Origin: Treponemataceae bacterium
GTDB taxonomy: Bacteria; Spirochaetota; Spirochaetia; Treponematales; Rectinemataceae
Direction: 5' to 3'
DNA length: 64,000 bases
Assembly (NCBI GenBank): GCA_963667725.2
Contig: CAXXHO010000003.1
Coordinates: forward strand, 2,176,001 to 2,240,000
Position numbers and translations under genes: made by a program. Each line of letters starts with the position of its first letter. Positions within the stretch are counted from its first letter, which is position 1. Positions 59,001 through 64,000 of this stretch are shown here, piece after piece. The notes below the pieces were generated by a model. The model saw nothing but the letters and a program-made list of their open reading frames with translations, searched no databases and was not told the DNA's origin.

Positions 59001-59694
59001 CGTAGGTGACCATGTATCGATGAAGCTCGACTTTTATCGTCACGGTGAAGGTCTTGGTTTCCGTCTCCGTGCCTTTCGTAAGCGTCGCCGTCAACGTCAC
59101 TTCCGCATCCGACTGCCCGGCGGCAGGCCTAGACACGACGCCTGCCGCGCTGACGACAGAGGCGTCGCTCGTCGCCCAGCTGATCGCGACATCATTCGCG
59201 CCCGTCAGGTCGAGCGCAAGATTGCCGGTGACCATTTCGGCGGTATCGCTACCCGTAAAGCCGAGAGTCAGGCTTTCTTTGGCGGCCAGTACATCGGCGT
59301 GCGAGCTATCGGGATATGCCGCAACTTTTATCTCAAAGGTCTTTATCTCGGTTATACCGTTTTTCGTTATGGTCGCGGTCAGCGTAACCGCCACATCCGG
59401 TTGCCCGAAGGCCGGTCTCGTGACAACACCGGTATTGGTGACGACTTGCGGATTGCTGGAAACCCAGCTGATGGAAACGTCTTCGTCGCCCACCGTGGCG
59501 AGGGTCAGGGTTTGCGTGACGGTTGTTGCGGTATCGCTGGCGGCGAAACCGATGGAAAGGTTGTTTTTAGCGGTCTCGATGGCGTCGGCCGGGTTGATAT
59601 CCTTCGCGTTATTTAAAAAGTTGCTGCAGCCGACGAATCCTATCGCCGCGAGTATAACGAGAAGCCCAACGACTGTTGTCCTCAGTTTTTTCAT
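56083..59694 (-). CDS. Large surface lipoprotein: two Ig-like domains, InlB B-type repeats, globular C-terminal domain
   Basis: Lipobox FVGC; ISW.S....V....GVV.RP twice; repeated GYTF.GWY...LYAKW. Confidence 0.88.
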   Translation of the reverse strand: MKKLRTTVVGLLVILAAIGFVGCSNFLNNAKDINPADAIETAKNNLSIGFAASDTATTVTQTLTLATVGDEDVSISWVSSNPQVVTNTGVVTRPAFGQPDVAVTLTATITKNGITEIKTFEIKVAAYPDSSHADVLAAKESLTLGFTGSDTAEMVTGNLALDLTGANDVAISWATSDASVVSAAGVVSRPAAGQSDAEVTLTATLTKGTETETKTFTVTIKVELHRYMVTYDGNGSSQGTVPTDSNRYLANAEVTVTAQGDLRKTGYSFVGWNTRADGGGTDYAPAASFQMPGESLTLYAKWTANGNTAYSLQHYKQDVSGSGYTLFETESLSGTTGSTATAVAKSYTGFTENTGHASRVASGTIAADGSLVLKLYYSRSTYTVSFSSDGGTAVSSTTGVRYGATISAPVAPTKTGYTFAGWYKESGLTNVWTFASDTVTATTTLYAKWTANTGTAYSVQHYKQDVSGSGYTLFETESLSGTTGSTATAVAKSYTGFAENTGHASRVASGTIAADGSLALKLYYSRSTYTVSFSSDGGTAVSSTTGVRYGATISAPVAPTKTGYTFAGWYKESGLTNVWTFASDTVTTATTLYAKWTANTYTVTFNAQTGTAASPASKSVTYASTYGALATTTRIGYTFSGWYTGVGGTGTNITSSSAVAITTDQTLYAKWTANTGTAYSVQHYKQDVSGSGYTLFETESLSGTTDTMATAVAKSYTGFAENTGHASRVASGTIAADGSLVLKLYYSRSTYTVSFSSDGGTAVSSTTGVRYGATISAPVAPTKTGYTFAGWYKESGLTNAWTFASDTVTTATTLYAKWTANTYTVTFNAQTGSAASPASKSVTYASTYGTLATTTRTGYTFSGWYTGTGGGGTQITASSTVAITANQTLYAYWVALSTYTVTYSGNGSGAGTVPTDANRYLAEASATVLGNTGSLYKSGGYYFDGWNTNAAGSGTDYAPGDTLTIQGNLTLYAQWTKYVVTKHVVIFRDDGSEWNQPSTYGDLLANEIGMTEGTGIAKYEYKTSADIPAYTPTVGDILIIAASQPTAFYDAYRTNKATFDSFVNAGGVMFWVYSDCGMPWGRYDSELPGGVLKSYSAFENYDDIVNSTHPITAGITSTHFYGSQASAGGFSNLDSLVSAGTISSLTTLIVQSSNRLPSLVEYSYGSGKVLAATVILDYYVSSSKREPYYTIAVNSLKYLLELM
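57003..58775 (-). repeat. Intragenic near-identical modules A-A-B-A-B (A 441 bp, B 225 bp)
   Basis: ATCCTGCTTG anchors at 58741, 58300, 57634 (offsets 441 and 666); boundaries approximate. Confidence 0.9.
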
Positions 59695-60284
59695 TTCACG
59701 GCTCCCTTGACGATATACCTGGCTCCGAGGCTCACGACCAAGGTCTGTTTTGTTGTCATTGGCGTGAAAATGCAGGAGTAAGCCGGAGAAAGCCTTAGGA
59801 CGACCGCTCCGATACGGTATTCGATACCGACTTTCGGCTCGATGAGGAATCCACCAATGCCGGCTGTCCTGCCAGTCGCGTACACATCCTTCGTGTAGCC
59901 GCCGCCGACATCGACGCCGAAGCTGAAGGCGAGAGGGATTCTGCCGGAGGCGTTGCCGCCTTTTACGCCGGAGGCGAGGCTTGCGAAGGGTTCGATGCTC
60001 AATCCGCCACCGATAGTGGCGTAGAAGTCCTGTTCGCTGTGTTCGAAGGCATCGGTAAATCCATAAAGAATATTTCCGTTTACATAGGGTACGAAGGAAC
60101 CCGCGGGTCGATCGAACTCCGCGAGGAGGCCTATACCTGTGGAAATTCCCGTCACGCCCGAATAAAACATGGCTCCGGTCTTCGGCCCGATAGACAGTGA
60201 GCCGAAGAAGCTGCCTCTGTCGCTCCCATAGGCGCCGAATAACGCTGCTGCGGCGATCAATGCCGCAAGGGTGAGACGTTTCAT
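59691..60284 (-). CDS. Exported hypothetical protein, probable small outer-membrane beta-barrel
   Basis: AAGGAG + MKRLTL signal peptide; Gly/aromatic-rich alternating strands ending VVSLGARY; ATGA-coupled to the lipoprotein. Confidence 0.65.
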   Translation of the reverse strand: MKRLTLAALIAAAALFGAYGSDRGSFFGSLSIGPKTGAMFYSGVTGISTGIGLLAEFDRPAGSFVPYVNGNILYGFTDAFEHSEQDFYATIGGGLSIEPFASLASGVKGGNASGRIPLAFSFGVDVGGGYTKDVYATGRTAGIGGFLIEPKVGIEYRIGAVVLRLSPAYSCIFTPMTTKQTLVVSLGARYIVKGAVK

Positions 60285-60473
60285 TTTTCTCTCCTTCTGT
60301 AATTTACGGCCTTGGATAAGGCCTTTGGCGCACCCGTTATGCAGAGCCTCCGGTGTTGTGCGCCAGGAAAGATCATTACACTCGCGACAATGTATCGTCA
60401 ATGCCAAATCGATCAAAAAAGCTCATATCAATGATATGGAAATAATCGTGGGAATGATGGTATCCTGCTTTCC

Positions 60474-61295
60474 ATGCATTCTATAACAGATATGACGGCG
60501 GCCCAGGCGCGCGCCGTACGCTTTGTCCTCATGGATATAGACGACACGCTCACGACCGAAGGCAAATTGAGCGCGGAAAGCTACGCGGCGTTATGGGAAC
60601 TCAAGGGCGCCGGGCTTGTGGTGCTGCCCATAACGGGCCGGCCGGCCGGCTGGTGCGACCTCATCGCGAGGGAATGGCCGGTGGACGGCGTCGTGGGCGA
60701 AAACGGGGCTTTCGTGTTCTGGGAGGAGCCGGAGGGGCGGCACCTCCGCGCCATCACCCACCCCAGCGCCGTGAAGAACGACGCGCCAGCCCTCTCCCGG
60801 GTGATGGCGCGCGCGATAGCCGAAGTCCCGGGATGCCGGCCGGCCCGCGACCAGTTCGCCCGGCTCTATGACATAGCCATCGATTTCGCCGAGGAGGAGC
60901 CCGTGCTTCCCCTCTCCGACGCGCTGAAAATAAAGACGATATGCGACGAGGAAGGCGCGAAGGCCAAGGTCAGCTCCATCCACGTCAACGCATGGATGGG
61001 CGATTACGACAAGCTTACGATGGCGACGCGCTACCTGACCGCCCGTTTCGGCTACGACGATGCGCGCGATCGAGCGAGTGTCGTCTTCGTCGGCGATTCG
61101 CCCAACGACGAGCCCATGTTCGCCCATTTTCCCATGGCCTGCGGCGTGGCTAACGTTAGCCGATATAAGGAACTGATGCGCGAGCTGCCCGCTTTCGTCG
61201 CGACGAAGGAATGCGGAGCGGGCTTCGCCGAAATTGCCGATACGCTGCTGGCGCTGCGTTCGCCCGCCGGCGCCCATGGCGAGAACGCGCGATGA
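60474..61295 (+). CDS. HAD-IIB family hydrolase (copy 2)
   Basis: Same motifs as copy 1, different termini; ATGA-coupled to the flavodoxin gene. Confidence 0.88.
   Translation: MHSITDMTAAQARAVRFVLMDIDDTLTTEGKLSAESYAALWELKGAGLVVLPITGRPAGWCDLIAREWPVDGVVGENGAFVFWEEPEGRHLRAITHPSAVKNDAPALSRVMARAIAEVPGCRPARDQFARLYDIAIDFAEEEPVLPLSDALKIKTICDEEGAKAKVSSIHVNAWMGDYDKLTMATRYLTARFGYDDARDRASVVFVGDSPNDEPMFAHFPMACGVANVSRYKELMRELPAFVATKECGAGFAEIADTLLALRSPAGAHGENAR
60492..61231 (+). repeat. Direct repeat copy 2 (pairs with 54971..55710)
   Basis: Offset 5521 bp. Confidence 0.92.
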
Positions 61296-61819
61296 GCGCC
61301 ATCGTCATCTATGCGTCGACCACCGGTTTCACGAAAAAATACGCCGAGTGGATCGCCCAGGACTTGGGCGCCGACCTCGTCGAGGCGCGACGCTTACGCT
61401 CCGAAACGCTTCAAAACTACGACACGATAATTTACGGCGGCAGCCTCCACGCCGTGGGCATTCGGGGCATAACGTCGCTCAAGAAGAATTTCGCGCTGCT
61501 GGAGGGCAAGCGTGTCATCGTCTTCGCGACGGGCGCCACGCCATCGAGGGCCGATGTGCCCGCGGAAGTCATCAACGCCAATTTTTCGCCAGAAGAACGC
61601 GAGCGCATCCATTTCTTCTACCTGCGCGGCGGCTTCGACTACTCGAGGCTGGGGCTGGTCGACAAGCTCCTCATGAACCTGCTCAGGCTGAAGCTCGCGC
61701 GGAAGAAAGAAAGGACGCCTGATGAAAGGGGCATGCTCGCCGCCTATTCGCGGCCCGTCGATTTTACGAAGAAAGCCTATATACAGGATCTCATCGCCTG
61801 CGCGGAGGGAAAAGCATGA
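61292..61819 (+). CDS. Flavodoxin-domain protein
   Basis: IYASTTGFTKKYAEWIA, YGGSL, FFYLRGGFD. Confidence 0.87.
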   Translation: MSAIVIYASTTGFTKKYAEWIAQDLGADLVEARRLRSETLQNYDTIIYGGSLHAVGIRGITSLKKNFALLEGKRVIVFATGATPSRADVPAEVINANFSPEERERIHFFYLRGGFDYSRLGLVDKLLMNLLRLKLARKKERTPDERGMLAAYSRPVDFTKKAYIQDLIACAEGKA

Positions 61820-62652
61820 AAATAACGCTGCTCGTGGAAAACACGCCCAAAGACATTTCCATAAAAGCCGAACATGGCCTTTCATTTTTCATCGAAACCG
61901 GAGGCAAGAAAATCCTCCTCGATACGGGGCAGCGGAGCCTCTTCCTGGAAAACGCGGCCCTCCTCGGATGCGATGTGGCGGGCGCTGACTTTGCCGTTCT
62001 CTCCCACGGGCACAGCGACCATTCAGGGGGACTGGCCGCCTTCAGGGAAGTCAACCCGAACGCTCCCATCTACATGGCGAAAGCGGCGACGCGACGCTGT
62101 TATCTGCGCCGATTCGGCCTCCTCCATTTCAATGTCGGCATGGATCGATCCTTCGTATCGGATCCGGGCATCGTGCTGCTGGACGAAGATCGAAAGCTGG
62201 CGCCCGGCATCGATGTCGTCGTCGGTATTCCCCGAAAGGCCGACTATCTCACGACGAGTTCAAATCTCTATATGAAAAATGGGGTGTGGTATAAACGCGA
62301 CGACTTTTCCCATGAACTCGCCCTCGTGGTCCGCGAAGGCGAAACGGACACTACCTGCGTCTTCAGTTCCTGCTCTCACACGGGCCTGCACAACATCATG
62401 GGCTGTCTCGCGGAAAAGGGCCTGCTCGGCCCGAAAAATCTCGTTTTCGCGGGCATGCACCTCTACCATGCCATGAGCACGCGCACGGAAAGCCCTGCCC
62501 TCCTCGACCGTTTCGCGGAGGACCTCGCGGCCTTTCCCGGCACAACCTACTATGCGGGCCACTGCACTGGCCAGGCCGCCTACGAGCACCTGAAGACGAG
62601 GCTCGGCGAACGTATCCAGCCCATGCGCTGCGGGGACCAGTTCGAAATCTGA
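61816..62652 (+). CDS. MBL-fold metallo-hydrolase (COG1237-like)
   Basis: EHGLS, LLDTG, SHGHSDHSGG, CSHTG, GHCTG. Confidence 0.88.
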   Translation: MKITLLVENTPKDISIKAEHGLSFFIETGGKKILLDTGQRSLFLENAALLGCDVAGADFAVLSHGHSDHSGGLAAFREVNPNAPIYMAKAATRRCYLRRFGLLHFNVGMDRSFVSDPGIVLLDEDRKLAPGIDVVVGIPRKADYLTTSSNLYMKNGVWYKRDDFSHELALVVREGETDTTCVFSSCSHTGLHNIMGCLAEKGLLGPKNLVFAGMHLYHAMSTRTESPALLDRFAEDLAAFPGTTYYAGHCTGQAAYEHLKTRLGERIQPMRCGDQFEI

Positions 62653-62689
62653 TATTGAGGTTGCCCGCGATCGGTGCGATACTTGCCAT

Positions 62690-62920
62690 ATGGGCAACCG
62701 ACGAGGACTATTAGTCTTTTCGGCGGTTCTGGTATTCTTCTTCGCGCTTGTCTCGATTTCGGTGGCTGAAGCGCCCAACGTTGCGAACGATCAAGACTTG
62801 AAAGGTTCAGGCTTCGACGTCACCACCGACGAGCTTTTCGAACTATTGGGCTTCCAGCGCTCTGTCCGCCTCGACCCAAGTTCGAAGATACTTGCGGATT
62901 GGGATTCCAGGCTGGAGTAG
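62690..62920 (+). CDS. Short signal-peptide-bearing ORF, possibly a truncated gene
   Basis: MGNRR + hydrophobic core + VAEA; no recognisable domain. Confidence 0.35.
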   Translation: MGNRRGLLVFSAVLVFFFALVSISVAEAPNVANDQDLKGSGFDVTTDELFELLGFQRSVRLDPSSKILADWDSRLE

Positions 62921-63060
62921 CTAACCTTGAGGGAGCGGAAGAGAAGCGGCAATCCGTCACCTTCGTGCCTTTCCAGGAATGGCAGGCCTTCGCGAAACCG
63001 CGGGACAAAAAGGTCTCCCCTTAAGTCCAGGACCGGGCACCTCCCTAGCAATGGATTCTT

Positions 63061-63930
63061 TCAGAGATCCGAATCCGTGAAGGATCTGGCGGCGCGGACC
63101 CGCAGGGAGTAGAGCTTGCTCGTCAGCGCGTTCGAGTTGTACATGTACTCAGAGAGTCCGAAGTCGCCGCTGTATGCCGTGAAGGAATGCGCGAAGCCGA
63201 CTGACGCGTCCGGATGCGTAGAAGACCAGTAGCTGGCGGCGGCAAAATTTCCTAGATCGTTGAGTCTCAGCTCCCAGTACATCAGCCGCAGTTCTTCCTG
63301 CGAGGGGAGAAACCAGTCGCTGTAGCCGCCAAGCGAATAATTCCTGCAAGCTTTTGCCGCGTAGTAACCGTACGACCCCGACCCGTCGAGTATTGTGTCC
63401 GTATTGCCTTTTCCCGCCCCAACCCAACTATGGGTACCGTCCATCACAGTGCCCCAGCCTCCCCAGGAGCTTCCCGCGCTCTGATCCTCCGGCGCGGCTT
63501 CGAAGTACGTCCACTCATTAGCGAATCTATCGAAGGTCTTCGCGAATATCAGTCCGCCGGCTGGGCCCGTGTCGCCATAGTCGTAGAGGCCGTCGTTCTC
63601 CGCGCTCGGTTTCCATTGCGCGTAGAGCATGACGTCTCCCGCGTTCATCGAGAGGCTGTCGCCAGCGGCGTAAGCAGTACCTGACCCGTCGGCTTCGGTG
63701 TTCCAGCCGTTGAAATCGCGTCCGGGTTTTGTCAGGTTTCCCGAATTGCCCAGAACGGTAATCGTCTGTCCAAGTGTGTAGCGGCCGGAGTCGACGGGGG
63801 CTTCGCCGTCGAGGTTCCCGGTGCCGATGTACCGCACGGTAAAATATTGGGCAGTATCACAGGCTGTAAAAGCGATCATGACCGCCATCGCGAAAGCAAG
63901 AGTTATGAGGCCATTTTTTCGGGTACGCAT
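63061..63930 (-). CDS. Lipoprotein with InlB B-repeat and DUF1566-like C-terminal domain
   Basis: Lipobox FTAC; FNGWNT..DGSG...LYAQW; GDTGPAGGLIF, GYSDWFLPSQEEL, YWSST, VRAARSF. Confidence 0.85.
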   Translation of the reverse strand: MRTRKNGLITLAFAMAVMIAFTACDTAQYFTVRYIGTGNLDGEAPVDSGRYTLGQTITVLGNSGNLTKPGRDFNGWNTEADGSGTAYAAGDSLSMNAGDVMLYAQWKPSAENDGLYDYGDTGPAGGLIFAKTFDRFANEWTYFEAAPEDQSAGSSWGGWGTVMDGTHSWVGAGKGNTDTILDGSGSYGYYAAKACRNYSLGGYSDWFLPSQEELRLMYWELRLNDLGNFAAASYWSSTHPDASVGFAHSFTAYSGDFGLSEYMYNSNALTSKLYSLRVRAARSFTDSDL

Positions 63931-64000
63931 TATCGTTCCTCTGATGAAAAGTTTGAAAAATTTTTAAAGATCTTACCACCGCGCCCGACAGATGGCAAGA

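Noticed and set aside
54971..61231. Composite transposon or prophage
   Set aside because: The repeats encode a HAD hydrolase; no transposase, integrase, terminal inverted repeats or phage genes

Overview
GC-rich bacterial DNA, probably from a free-living spirochaete (inferred from the BMP transporter, InlB-repeat/DUF1566 lipoproteins and gene style; not verified). It is densely packed with scavenging loci: (1) a YesMN-type two-component system with an L-rhamnose ABC/catabolic operon; (2) a BMP-family nucleoside ABC system plus a nitrilase-family amidase; (3) an accessory stretch with an AAA/DUF4143 ATPase, DUF72, an AT-rich GNAT gene with the structure of an integron cassette (lone attC, no integrase in the window), an Lrp remnant and an orphan hipB; (4) a Dpp/Opp-type ABC transporter interleaved with adenine- and guanine-deaminase genes, beside an M20 amidohydrolase and a CpdB-like nucleotidase; (5) hsp20 with a four-hairpin leader; (6) a GlcNAc/ManNAc locus, a GlpA-like triad, and a divergent Ugp-like ABC + 2 GDPD + RpiB // G1PDH-like + DeoR + FGGY kinase + HAD locus; (7) a 5.5-kb unit bounded by near-identical HAD gene copies, carrying a beta-barrel-like gene and a repeat-rich lipoprotein. 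The best candidates for undescribed biology are the polyol-phosphodiester (teichoic-acid-like) locus and the peptide-type transporter for purine derivatives. No rRNA, tRNA, CRISPR array, transposase or integrase was recognised. All calls come from motif recognition by eye; no database searches were run.
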